In this document: positions 39,680-49,104 of the stretch, one piece after another | How positions within the stretch are numbered: the stretch's first letter is position 1 | How the letters are laid out: each line of letters begins with the position of its first letter | Virus record (IMG/VR): IMGVR_UViG_3300042901_001417 | Location: 1-57,777 of that record | Length of the DNA stretch: 57,777 nucleotides | Reading direction: 5' to 3' (one strand) | DNA from: a virus | Lineage: Duplodnaviria; Caudoviricetes | Notes under the pieces: model-generated | Told to the model about the DNA's origin: nothing | The model's input: only the letters and a program-made list of their open reading frames with translations | Database searches by the model: none | Made by a program: the position numbers and the translations under genes

Positions 39680-40741
39680 ATGTCTAAGAAAACACCACTA
39701 GGGATGCCTCCATTCTTCGGCACGACAAGCATAAACCCTGAGCCGTGCTGCACAGAGGACCCCGGTTGCTCCGGGTGCTGCGGTCGCGACTGGGACGAGC
39801 TTCCTGAAACCCTTGAGTTCCGGATCTCCTCGATCGGTCTCGTTTCACGGCCATTTAACTTCACTGGTACTATGTACAAACTCCCGTACCAGCCTGATGG
39901 CTGCAGGCAGTGCATAGTCCCTCAGAAAACACTGCAGTACCAGTCGCAGTTGATCAAGGTGTTAACTGATCAATTTCCTGGGGGGCTCAACGGTAGCAGT
40001 GGGGACTCAGAGACCTGTTGCGTGCAGGTCGCTTTGGTGGCGTCGTGCAGCGACGGAGAAACGGTATCGATTGAGCCTCCTGCAGGGACAGAGATAATTC
40101 CGCCATACGATCCTCCATTGGCCGCTGGAGAATGTTTTTGGGGCCTGCACGTGAGGTGGACGGGCGGTGACAGGCTGTCAACATGGTCAGACGTGACACC
40201 TGCTGCACAGAATGAAAGCACGTTCCAGTTATCAAGTTGCAACCCTATCGAACTCGACTGGGCTGCAGGTACATCCGAAGGGATGCCAGCCTGTATTTTG
40301 GGGAACTCAATTGCTCCGGGGTATTCTCTGGAGATAAAGGAGTCGGGTGTAGGAGCGGGTGATCCAGCAGAGGCGTGCAGGTATTTGTGCTGTGCCGTAC
40401 TGACGGAGGTGTTGTACGCTGAAATAGAATCAGACTGTGCGGAGTTGCATGATAAGGTGGTGGAGTTGCGGTTCGGTAACGAGAGTTGGAGTGGCGAGAT
40501 TATACTTGCTGATTGTGAGGGTTACAAAATTGTTGTGACGCAGCATGAGCGATACGCCGAGTTAGACACATGCCCGCTGATCATAGAAGTGTTCAGCCTA
40601 AAAAGAGGTCGGTGCTTTACGTCGACGCAGGACCTCGGCACAGCGCCCGCATGCCCTCCATGGTCCGCATCGGGAACTATTGCAGCAGCCTGCGGAGCGA
40701 TATGCGGTGGTCAATCAATCTCAATTACTATTAACATGTGA
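39680..40741 (+). CDS. Cysteine-rich tail-associated protein
   Basis: Repeated CC..LP/TExL modules; many Cys. Confidence 0.5.
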   Translation: MSKKTPLGMPPFFGTTSINPEPCCTEDPGCSGCCGRDWDELPETLEFRISSIGLVSRPFNFTGTMYKLPYQPDGCRQCIVPQKTLQYQSQLIKVLTDQFPGGLNGSSGDSETCCVQVALVASCSDGETVSIEPPAGTEIIPPYDPPLAAGECFWGLHVRWTGGDRLSTWSDVTPAAQNESTFQLSSCNPIELDWAAGTSEGMPACILGNSIAPGYSLEIKESGVGAGDPAEACRYLCCAVLTEVLYAEIESDCAELHDKVVELRFGNESWSGEIILADCEGYKIVVTQHERYAELDTCPLIIEVFSLKRGRCFTSTQDLGTAPACPPWSASGTIAAACGAICGGQSISITINM

Positions 40742-41247
40742 TCAATATGCGAGAAGAATGCCTGCAGTTTAAAGGACGATCTCGGGATCTGTGTGAAGGT
40801 CGTGGTCTCGATGGGCGACTCACTCCTCCACAGATCGCTGTCGACCAGTTCCGGGAGTCACGGGGACTCGAACCGATCGTGGTAACGGAAACCAACTTCG
40901 CCCGCACGATCCCTTATCGACAGCAAACGCGGCTGAAGGTCTCGTTGATCGGTGACCGGCTGGCGAAGATTTTCGCGGAGGAGTGGGGGGCGCTGCCGTG
41001 CGGCAAATGCAAAAATGCCATCGTCAACCTCAACAGCATGACGGTAGAGCAAGTGCAGGCGAACAGGGCGAAGATCGTTTCAGACATTGCGTCACGCGCG
41101 ACTCAGTCTGTGCCGCAGTGGTGGGCTAAAGTCCTGACATCAGCCAGCGCGTTCCTGCACTTGGGTGGAACGGAGTACCTGATCGGGAAATACTTGGACC
41201 GAGCGTGCAGGGTGGAGGAGCCAGCCGATGGGTCGATCACCCCGTGA
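40738..41247 (+). CDS. Hypothetical protein (CGKC motif)
   Basis: Coupled ORF; PCGKC..LNSM motif. Confidence 0.6.
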   Translation: MINMREECLQFKGRSRDLCEGRGLDGRLTPPQIAVDQFRESRGLEPIVVTETNFARTIPYRQQTRLKVSLIGDRLAKIFAEEWGALPCGKCKNAIVNLNSMTVEQVQANRAKIVSDIASRATQSVPQWWAKVLTSASAFLHLGGTEYLIGKYLDRACRVEEPADGSITP

Positions 41248-42799
41248 TGTGATTGCTGTCGCGAAACGCAACCTGACCAGGAGGAAAAAACAACTTCCTC
41301 TCACCCGTATCGGCACGCCACAGCGTACCGACTGGGAGAAACGGATCAGCGACCCCAGCAACTTCCGTGATCTGCGGCATGCTGTGAAACACCTGACATA
41401 CCACATGTACCCGGTGGCAGCTGCTGATGAGAGTTGGAACTGGAATATTGAGCAGTTACAGAAGCGGTGGTCGCTGTTCAACGGGAAGAAGATTCTCGGG
41501 ATCAACACAGACGACAGTACCGCTTCTGTTGATGAAGTGATCGACGCATGCCGGAAGCGTGGCATGGTGTGGGACCATGTGCTCACTCGCCAGAATGACG
41601 GCAAACTGGGCGAGGTGCTGACATGGGTGCCATCGCTGCAGTTACTGAACCCGGGAGCAGCGGAGCCGAACGAGGTTGTGTTCTCCGCGCATGCCAAAGG
41701 GGTGAAGTATGGGGTATGCCCACCACTGATCCGGCGGTGGACTGACTGCATGTATCGAGCGAACCTCGACTCATGGTTTTTGGTGAGGCAGCAGTTGCAG
41801 TGGTATTTGGCGACAGGTGCATTCCGGGCACGGTGGTCTGGAGCGGGTGCCTACTCAGGTGCGTTCTGGTGGTGGCGGTTGCACGACATTGGTAAGCGTG
41901 AATGGTGGCGAGTGCTGCCGATCTACCCGGGTCGTGAGGTGTGGATCGGAGGGCAGGCACGATATCCAGAACTGGGCTGCCTGTTCCATGACAACTGCGG
42001 ACAACTGTACTCTGATACGTATTGGAAACACGAGGTGCTTCCGCAGTGGGAGTTGTTCGCACCCAAACTGACCCCGGACCTCAACCGACCACACAAGCCG
42101 ATCGCTTACCTGATCAGCAGTCACTTCAGTTACGCCCCGATGGCTCTGCCACGACTGCTGGACTCCATGCTTGCGAGTGGTGTGAAGCCTGAGCAGATAT
42201 TCGTGGTGATGTGCGGCTGCCAGAGAGAGTTCGACCAGAAGACCACGAAGGGCACGTTCTGGTACGTCAGCCATGAGTCACGCAACTTCTGCACATTCGT
42301 AGAGGCGGTGGATGAACGCAGGCGCGAAACGCTGGCAGAATTTGACCACGTGTTCTGCCTGCTGGACACGTCCGAGGTGGGTCCGAAGTTTGCAGCCTTG
42401 ACTGACGATTTCGATCGTGAGTATGACGCGGTGGGTGTGTGCCCTATTCAGGGTGAGCAGCGAGCTATGTGTGATCTGGCTGCGTACAGTCTCGATCATT
42501 TGAGAGCGAACAAGCACCACATCGACCAGTTCCGAAATGCTGAGCCATCTGTCAACTGGGACTGGGAGGGGCGGGTATTTGAACTGGCGGAACGGAAGTG
42601 GTTCTACGGGCGTGAGCGGTGGGGCACACTGCCGAAGGTGCCGGAGGATTACGAGAATTACGGCAAGCAGGTCGTCGCAGGCCCACAGGATGTGTACGGC
42701 ACGGGGTCAATGAGGATTACGGAATACTACAAGTACGCGGACATGTTCCGCTTCAAGAGTAATTGGGGGCAGAATCCGTTTCTGCTCGATCGCGTTTAA
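41228..42799 (+). CDS. Two-domain glycosyltransferase-like protein
   Basis: VFSAHAKGV..YSGAFWW; second GT-A-like domain LISSH..LLDS..FCLLDT. Confidence 0.5.
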   Translation: MGRSPRDVIAVAKRNLTRRKKQLPLTRIGTPQRTDWEKRISDPSNFRDLRHAVKHLTYHMYPVAAADESWNWNIEQLQKRWSLFNGKKILGINTDDSTASVDEVIDACRKRGMVWDHVLTRQNDGKLGEVLTWVPSLQLLNPGAAEPNEVVFSAHAKGVKYGVCPPLIRRWTDCMYRANLDSWFLVRQQLQWYLATGAFRARWSGAGAYSGAFWWWRLHDIGKREWWRVLPIYPGREVWIGGQARYPELGCLFHDNCGQLYSDTYWKHEVLPQWELFAPKLTPDLNRPHKPIAYLISSHFSYAPMALPRLLDSMLASGVKPEQIFVVMCGCQREFDQKTTKGTFWYVSHESRNFCTFVEAVDERRRETLAEFDHVFCLLDTSEVGPKFAALTDDFDREYDAVGVCPIQGEQRAMCDLAAYSLDHLRANKHHIDQFRNAEPSVNWDWEGRVFELAERKWFYGRERWGTLPKVPEDYENYGKQVVAGPQDVYGTGSMRITEYYKYADMFRFKSNWGQNPFLLDRV

Positions 42800-42999
42800 C
42801 AGGCAGGTACGTGACCGTCATAGTTCGGGGTGGAGCAGGCACCCCGCAGTTTGGATCGGGACGCCGGGGCCGATTCCGGTGATTCCAAACAGTGACACAC
42901 TGAGAGCTCGGCGTGTAAAACATGCCGGGTTCTCGGCGTTTTGGTAGTGACATCACTACCGCTGACAGGGTAATCTGACACTCAAAGGAGAGTTTTCAC

Positions 43000-45546
43000 A
43001 TGGCCGAGTTTCCGAACTTCCGTCGTAAATACAGTCCGTCTGCACTCATGCAGGGTGTTCAGCAGCAGAATCAGCGGCGATACATGTCGCCTGCGATCAC
43101 CCCAAATGCGGGCATGGGCAACGCACAGGGCAGGATTTCTGCTCTGGCTCCGGCTGCCGGCATGAGCACCAGCAACCCGACCGGGGCACAGACGATGGGG
43201 CCTGCCAATAAGCCCGGCGCTTTCACGCAGCAGGATTACGACGAGTATATGAAGCAGCAAACCGGCGTTCCCGGGATGCCCGGAGCACAGAACCTGCTAA
43301 ATGTTAAAGTTCCTGAGCACCTGAAGCAGTTTGCTCCATCGGGAAAGCCTCAGACGCTTCCGTACCAAATGCCCGCACCGGGCACACAGCCATCCGCCAC
43401 GGTTCCTGTTGAGTTTCTGGCAAACGGTGCAGCCCCAGCCTCCGCTCCAGTTACGACCCCGCAGTCACGAACTGCAATTCCATATGCTGGTATGTCTGGA
43501 AGTATGGGGGCTATTCCGTTTCCTGCTGGTGGTCCCGTGCCTGCACAGCCCCTGTTAAGCCGATCGCCCGCCACTGGTGCTGCGGTTGGGTCGCCATTGC
43601 CCTATGGTCGCCCGGGAGAGGTCGTCACTCAGGAGCTGGTGAGCTTCGAGGAAGATTTCGGCAACAGGCTGGCTGAGCAGAATGGTCAGCAGGCTGCCGC
43701 ACCGGGGGTCGCTCCATCAGCTATTCCAAGTTCTGGGCGGGCGCCAGGGCCTATTATGCAGCCTGCTGAGGCACCGGGGGTGTACGCGCCACTGAGAACC
43801 AATCAGGCGGGACAGCCTATGTATCCGTTTGCGCGGTATGACCAGAATAGGCCGGGTGCTGAACTGATGGTAGACTCGTTCACTACTGACCGAAATAATC
43901 CTGATATTCGGTGGGGTGAGGTGTCTCCTGAACACCGACCAACCGGGTGGGCGCCACGGGCAGTTGATACAAACCCTGAGATATCATCCGCCTCTCCGCC
44001 CCCAGTTACGACTCCGCAGTCACGAACCCCGTCTATGCCGGGCGGTCAGGCACCTCGTGCCAGTGCCTTGTCGGGAATTGACATGTCGCCACGATTTACA
44101 AACGCACTGTCGCCGTACGATGGAGCGGGAGCGGGATCCGCTGGTGGCTCTGGCTCCGGCAATCTGGGCATGTCCCCGGCTCCTGCCTCTCCCCCTGCAG
44201 CAAGTGTGTTAACTGCCCCAACAAACCGCACCAGTCCCATAATGCAGCAGGACGCGGGCGGTTATGAGAACATGAACCCGCTTTTTACAGGTGGTCCTGA
44301 GAGTGGCAATATGTTTCAGGCTCCCGCCGAGCCATCCACTGCCGATCGGCTGCGAGCAGCTGGTCGTGGTGAAGGTCCAAACGCTCAAGAGGGCATGCGA
44401 CGGGACAACAACAACTACAACCGTGCCTACGACGAGCAGTATCAAGGAATCCAGCGGGGCGTCGGGATCACTGAGGAGGAACGTGCAAACTGGACCCCCG
44501 AAAGAGGGTACGGGTTTGCCCCCAGTGCTGTTCAGTCTGCCGCTTCCGGTGGTGCAATCGGTTCCGGTATGCGAAAGCGGTTCGGTCAGGGCGGGTACTT
44601 CAATCCGTCCGAGGAGGATGCTGGCCCTCAGCGCCGCATGTCGGATGCTGAGTCCATGAAGAAGATGGGCATCATTCAGGGTGCCATCGGTCCTGACGGT
44701 CGCCGGCTGGGCTTCTCCAAGATCGATCAGGCTATCGCCCGAGGCGACACAGCCACGGCTGACCGTCTGAAGCAGGAGCAGGATGCCATCCGAGAGCGGA
44801 ACTTCGCCCGTCGAGAAGCACTGCGTGGCGTGAATGGCGGGAAAACCCGCGATGAGCTGCGCCGTGAGAAGCGTGCGAACAGTGCTCTGTCTCGCGGTCG
44901 GATTACCAAGGAAGAGTACAACAACGTGGTGACACGCAATGACGAGGCTGTTGAACGCCGGTCTGCCCTGCGTGATGCGGGTATTCCTGTACGCGGGGAT
45001 CGTGGTTTTGATGCGATTGACCGGGCAAATGCTGGCATGGCTGGCTCACGTCCCTCTGCGCTGGCAACCACAGTGGTCCCCAATAACGCTGTCACAGGAA
45101 GCACTCTGCCACGTGCCGATGTGCAGCAAAAGGCAAGAGAGGATATGAAGGCTCTTACCGACCCGAACAGTGTGATGGCACCGGCAAACACTCCGAAAGA
45201 GAAAATGCGGCAGAATGAATCGGCGGCGATTCAGGGTCTTGGGGTCACTGCGGAAGATAGCCTGCACGAGATCAACCGAAAGGTGACGACGATGTCCACC
45301 GATAGCGTGACTGCTATGCTCAAGGATGAAGAGTCCACGCGTGCTTTCATCATTGGATTAAAACGGGCCTATATGGCACAGAAAAACACCATGGAGCGTG
45401 ATGATTTTAAGGGGCAGATAGACGAGCCGACAGCAAAACACTGGGAGGCACTGGAGTCTATCCCAGACAATGATCTGCAAGCCTTACAACAATGGTGGTC
45501 CAAACTTTATCACGACGCGGAGAAAAAAAGAAAACAAGCCTTCTAG
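43000..45546 (+). CDS. Pro/Gly/Ala-rich low-complexity protein (candidate internal virion/ejection protein)
   Basis: 848 aa; AAAGGAG RBS; internal PVTTPQSRT duplication (43447..43472, 44002..44027). Confidence 0.6.
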   Translation: MAEFPNFRRKYSPSALMQGVQQQNQRRYMSPAITPNAGMGNAQGRISALAPAAGMSTSNPTGAQTMGPANKPGAFTQQDYDEYMKQQTGVPGMPGAQNLLNVKVPEHLKQFAPSGKPQTLPYQMPAPGTQPSATVPVEFLANGAAPASAPVTTPQSRTAIPYAGMSGSMGAIPFPAGGPVPAQPLLSRSPATGAAVGSPLPYGRPGEVVTQELVSFEEDFGNRLAEQNGQQAAAPGVAPSAIPSSGRAPGPIMQPAEAPGVYAPLRTNQAGQPMYPFARYDQNRPGAELMVDSFTTDRNNPDIRWGEVSPEHRPTGWAPRAVDTNPEISSASPPPVTTPQSRTPSMPGGQAPRASALSGIDMSPRFTNALSPYDGAGAGSAGGSGSGNLGMSPAPASPPAASVLTAPTNRTSPIMQQDAGGYENMNPLFTGGPESGNMFQAPAEPSTADRLRAAGRGEGPNAQEGMRRDNNNYNRAYDEQYQGIQRGVGITEEERANWTPERGYGFAPSAVQSAASGGAIGSGMRKRFGQGGYFNPSEEDAGPQRRMSDAESMKKMGIIQGAIGPDGRRLGFSKIDQAIARGDTATADRLKQEQDAIRERNFARREALRGVNGGKTRDELRREKRANSALSRGRITKEEYNNVVTRNDEAVERRSALRDAGIPVRGDRGFDAIDRANAGMAGSRPSALATTVVPNNAVTGSTLPRADVQQKAREDMKALTDPNSVMAPANTPKEKMRQNESAAIQGLGVTAEDSLHEINRKVTTMSTDSVTAMLKDEESTRAFIIGLKRAYMAQKNTMERDDFKGQIDEPTAKHWEALESIPDNDLQALQQWWSKLYHDAEKKRKQAF

Positions 45547-45599
45547 CGCTGCGACCGCCAGCACGTTTTCTCCATCAACCCCAAACAGATTTCGATATC

Positions 45600-45628
45600 A
45601 CCCGTCACTCACCCTGGCGGGTTTTTGT
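45600..45628 (+). terminator. Rho-independent terminator
   Basis: ACCCGTCA..TGGCGGGT stem followed by TTTTGT. Confidence 0.6.
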
Positions 45629-46119
45629 TGCGCGGTTGTCGCACGTACACTACACTCAGCCGCGCCAACGTACACGGTGGACGTTACTCGGTTTCACTCC
45701 GGCATACACGAACCGACACGGGCGAGAAATCGCACAGGATCGCTCAGGACGCTTTGGGGGGGAGAATCGCGACCAATCCATCGTGCGGGCTGTGGTGGCT
45801 CTTAAATGGGCAGGATTTGAATGGCGTGTCTGTTTGTCTGTTTCGCGTGCCTGAGCAGATCGCCGAATATCGCCGAAGATTGGCAAGGATCGGCAAACAT
45901 CGGCAAAATTTGTCAGTCCCTGTAACTCCCCGTAACTCCCCCTAACTCCCCTTTCCAGCGTCCACCGTGGACGTTCCGTGTCCAGAGGGAACTCACCCCG
46001 AACTGCTCTTGAACTGATCCTGAAGTCTTGTCAACGCACAATTTCGCACTATAGGTCACAGTTTTGCGATCGTTTTGCGATCGTTTGGCACCTGCCCTGA
46101 AAAAACCTTCGCCTTGCTC

Positions 46120-46149
46120 TTGCCAGTCTGTAGCCGTGTCGCTACAAAT
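46120..46149 (+). promoter_or_regulatory. Sigma70-like promoter with TGTAG-N8-CTACA operator
   Basis: TTGCCA-17-TACAAA; TGTAGccgtgtcgCTACA at 46129..46146. Confidence 0.55.
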
Positions 46150-46154
46150 TGGGT

Positions 46155-46500
46155 GCTGTTCGGCGTGGAAACCGAGTAGCGACTCCGGAAGCAAACGACA
46201 CATTGAAACTGGGCCGCCTGTCCCTTATACTCAGGCAACGCGATTCGGAGTCGCACAATCCACAATGACAGCCAGGGCAGAAATGCTCTGGCTGTCGGCG
46301 TTTGGTGAGTGCATAAAGGTACTCCGATCAGGTGACGGGCAGTCTCGCAAACTGAAGTCACTACATACTGCTGTGTCCAAAAACACCGGGCTATGTCCAA
46401 ACTGACAACCCGGCCCGTCCCGAGGACACCGGTCACTGGAACGTGAGCCTGATCTGGAGCGCTGAATCCGAACGACTAAGACCCCGAAGGCAGTGCAGGG
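46155..46500 (+). ncRNA. Candidate large structured RNA / leader
   Basis: Several long stems, including a 13-bp GAAA-capped hairpin at 46267..46296; no credible ORF. Confidence 0.4.
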
Positions 46501-46527
46501 GGTAATAGGACGGGATAAAGGAGCGGG

Positions 46528-46546
46528 AGCGTCCACGGTGGACGCT
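46528..46546. promoter_or_regulatory. Perfect 19-bp palindrome AGCGTCCAC-G-GTGGACGCT (member of a dispersed family)
   Basis: Abuts the AAGGAGG RBS; six related copies elsewhere in the window. Confidence 0.6.
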
Positions 46547-46557
46547 AAGGAGGGTGA

Positions 46558-47100
46558 ATGATGGTCAGTGAAAGCGACACGCACTGGGTGTGCCGGGAGT
46601 GCATCGGGCACAATGACTTTGAGGAGTTCACAGTCGGGCTGGGTGGCGCGGTGACATGCGAGGTGTGTACTGCGTTGCTCAGTCGTCCGAACATCGCATG
46701 CGTGTCGGATGGGGTGTATCAGCAGGCACGGGCTCGCGTAGATGCTCAGCAAACAGAGATGACGCGCGACTGGATAGAATCATGGAAGATCATCGTGCAG
46801 GCGCTGAAGGAGATTCGTGTTCCCAATGTCGATCACAACGCTCGAGCAATATTGGTAAGGCTGGCACAGGCGAACATACTGTGTAGTAAAGTTGGTGGTC
46901 CGCCAAACGTGAAGGCAATCTGCGAGGACGTGATGCGGTTGCGCGACATGTGCAAGTCGCCGGATGACGTGTTCGACGTGATGGAATGCTTGCCGATGCT
47001 TCTGGTGACAGACCCGGAGGAGCAGCAGGCGGCAGTAAAAGCGATCGCAGAGATCACAACTCGACATGGCGGCACAGTGATACCGTTACAGGATACATGA
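46558..47100 (+). CDS. Zn-finger protein with C-terminal domain paralogous to the cassette ORF 56747..56953
   Basis: CREC..CEVC; C-terminus ICEDVMRLRDMCK..TDPEEQQAA. Confidence 0.65.
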   Translation: MMVSESDTHWVCRECIGHNDFEEFTVGLGGAVTCEVCTALLSRPNIACVSDGVYQQARARVDAQQTEMTRDWIESWKIIVQALKEIRVPNVDHNARAILVRLAQANILCSKVGGPPNVKAICEDVMRLRDMCKSPDDVFDVMECLPMLLVTDPEEQQAAVKAIAEITTRHGGTVIPLQDT

Positions 47101-47105
47101 GGATC

Positions 47106-47444
47106 ATGACAAAAGCCCGAGAAGATATGCTGCGAGAGCAGTTTGAGAAGTGGGTTAGTTCGCCGCCGTTCGAAAAGAGTGTGGTACGGTTTCCAGAATG
47201 GTCAGCATGGCCCGGTATGTATCAGGATCTCAATGTCGACCTCGCATGGCAGGCGTGGAAGGAGTCGCTGTCTCGCTGCGCCCAGTACCCAGTGTTCGAC
47301 ATACTGGAGCGGCTGTACGCGAGTGGGTACTACCACAGTCAGCAGGATGGACGGTGGTGGCTGTGGGAGAAGGGTGGCAACGGCGTCTGCAGTGGAGAGA
47401 CCTTCCGGGATCTGTGTGTGAATATCGTGCTGATGGGGTTGTGA
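47106..47444 (+). CDS. Hypothetical phage protein
   Basis: REQFEKW..AWQAWK motif common in phage ORFs. Confidence 0.6.
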   Translation: MTKAREDMLREQFEKWVSSPPFEKSVVRFPEWSAWPGMYQDLNVDLAWQAWKESLSRCAQYPVFDILERLYASGYYHSQQDGRWWLWEKGGNGVCSGETFRDLCVNIVLMGL

Positions 47445-47445
47445 A

Positions 47446-47583
47446 TCACCTCCGCTCCATCGCGGAGTTGCTGAGGCCCATGACGAAGAACCATGCCACG
47501 ATGGCAAGGATCGGGTGGCCGGCACTCCAGACGCCGACAGCGATGGCAGTGGCAATGACGAGTTCAAGTATCAGTGCGATCAT
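47446..47583 (-). CDS. 45-aa membrane peptide in the lysogeny operon
   Basis: Translated by hand: MIALILELVIATAIAVGVWSAGHPILAIVAWFFVMGLSNSAMERR; GAAAGG RBS; below the ORF-track cutoff. Confidence 0.55.
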   Translation of the reverse strand: MIALILELVIATAIAVGVWSAGHPILAIVAWFFVMGLSNSAMERR

Positions 47584-47601
47584 GGTGGTGAGCCTTTCAG
47601 G

Positions 47602-47859
47602 TTAAGTGCTCGGTGTCTGAGAAAGATCCTGCCGCATGTCGGACAGTGACACGCCGAGTGCGTCTGCCAGAATACAGGCGTCGGAGAACAGGGGCTCATG
47701 ACGGGTTCGCTCAATATTGGCGATTGTCACCCGGTGCATGCAGCACATGTCGGCCAGTTGTTGCTGAGTGAGGCCGCGTCTGCCTCGCAAGGCTTTGACG
47801 TTGTTGGCGAATGCCAACTGCAACTGAAGCACTTTGCGTGCCTTGAATTTATCGTCCAT
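47602..47859 (-). CDS. XRE-family HTH repressor
   Basis: NVKALR..GLTQQQLA..VTIANIE..P..LADALGVS. Confidence 0.88.
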   Translation of the reverse strand: MDDKFKARKVLQLQLAFANNVKALRGRRGLTQQQLADMCCMHRVTIANIERTRHEPLFSDACILADALGVSLSDMRQDLSQTPST

Positions 47860-47923
47860 AACAGTTTCCGATCGGGCTGGTAGAGTAATCATCACGCTAC
47901 ACTCCTGTATTAAAGACCTTTGC

Positions 47924-48811
47924 TCACCGGGATGCAAGACGTTCTGTTGTGTCAGAGATTAGATTCTGTGCCTGCGGGTCCAGTCGGCGGAAGTTTGCGA
48001 GCAGGGTTTCCTCAGCGCCTCCCGGCTTATGGGAGCCCAGCATGGCGGGCGGAACGGCCACTCGCGGCGCTGCAGCCTGCAGTACGGTCAGCGGGTCCAA
48101 ATAATGCTGCAGCACCCCGATACCGGAACCGTGGATTAGGCTGCCAGCTGTGGCATTCGCATTCGTCCATTCATTCACGGCACGTTGCCGCATGAGCTTC
48201 GGGTGGAAATACGTGACACCGGCTGCCAGGCACGCGGCCTGTAAATGCTGCTTCAGGATTTTGGCAGTCCATCCCTCAGCGTGATGGTACGGCAATTCGT
48301 GTCGCACTGAGATGATTTCTGACAGCCATGCCGGCACTGGATACTGATGCACGTGTCCGGTCTTGCTCGCCTCCCAGCACAACACGGGGTCTGATGTCGG
48401 CAGGCTCAACTGCAGCCTGAGCGAGTCTCGCAGCCGGAGGCCCGTCCACAGAGTCAGGGCGAGCCATTGCCTGAGCCATGGTGTAGCGTGCAGGTACGCG
48501 GCGTTGATGGTTTCCAGTGCCACAGGTTTCGGTTTCGGCTTCGGTCGTCTCAGTCGCTTGCCCGGACTGAACGTCACGCCGGTCGTGAACTTCATCACCG
48601 TACAGACATCAGTGATGGTCTTCTCGATCGTGACTGGAGAAAGGCAACTGGCCCGGCAGCGTTCTCGAAAGACGGTCAGCATCTCGCTTTTGATGTCCGA
48701 ACACTGCTGCACCTGCATAACCCGTTCAAATCGCCTGCAGTTCGATGCAATCATGAAACTCCGCAAACCATTGGTGCGGACGTACTCCGCGGCCTGAAAC
48801 GATAGAAACAT
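47924..48811 (-). CDS. int: Tyrosine recombinase/integrase
   Basis: WTGLR, SKT, KLMR, IHG, HY catalytic pattern; start MFLSF after GGAG. Confidence 0.8.
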   Translation of the reverse strand: MFLSFQAAEYVRTNGLRSFMIASNCRRFERVMQVQQCSDIKSEMLTVFRERCRASCLSPVTIEKTITDVCTVMKFTTGVTFSPGKRLRRPKPKPKPVALETINAAYLHATPWLRQWLALTLWTGLRLRDSLRLQLSLPTSDPVLCWEASKTGHVHQYPVPAWLSEIISVRHELPYHHAEGWTAKILKQHLQAACLAAGVTYFHPKLMRQRAVNEWTNANATAGSLIHGSGIGVLQHYLDPLTVLQAAAPRVAVPPAMLGSHKPGGAEETLLANFRRLDPQAQNLISDTTERLASR

Positions 48812-48989
48812 TTGTGTGCTCCATAAGTTGGGCACTCCGTCGCAAAACAGTTCCTTTACGCCCATTCAATCGCAGAGCGCCACACACAACAGGACAGCAA
48901 AAAAATCAATATGAGAGACGTTCCTACCCTCTCATACGGCATCATCCTATGCCTACCTCCGCAATGGTCCTCATGCCTTAGTAACGGGT

Positions 48990-49032
48990 GCTTCCCAAGC
49001 TGAGGATGCCAGTCCGATTCTGGTCAGCCGCT
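48990..49032 (+). other. tRNA-Gly(CCC) 3' fragment, probable attP core
   Basis: GC-TTCCCAA-GCTGA, T-arm GCCAG-TCCGATT-CTGGT, acceptor strand CAGCCGC-T; no 5' half; next to the integrase. Confidence 0.7.
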
Positions 49033-49067
49033 TTTAAACGAAACGGTCTGGTGTCGTATGTAACACA

Positions 49068-49096
49068 TTGACACAGGGGAGTGTCCATGCAAAAAT
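49068..49096 (+). promoter_or_regulatory. Rightward (PR-like) promoter with GACAC-N6-GTGTC inverted repeat
   Basis: TTGACA-17-AAAAAT just before the Cro-like ATG. Confidence 0.5.
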
Positions 49097-49104
49097 CATC
49101 CGGT

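Noticed and set aside
43447-44027. DGR template/variable repeat pair
   Set aside because: Only a 26-bp in-frame duplication with one C/T difference; no adenine-specific variation and no reverse transcriptase in the window.
47924-48811. Integron integrase IntI for the attC array
   Set aside because: The catalytic domain is compact with no visible IntI-specific insertion, and it sits beside a tRNA-type attP. An HMM check is still needed.
48960-49035. Complete tRNA-Gly gene
   Set aside because: There is no 5' acceptor strand (GCGGCTG) or D-arm, and the 5' anticodon stem is broken. Only the 3' half is present, so it was called an att fragment.
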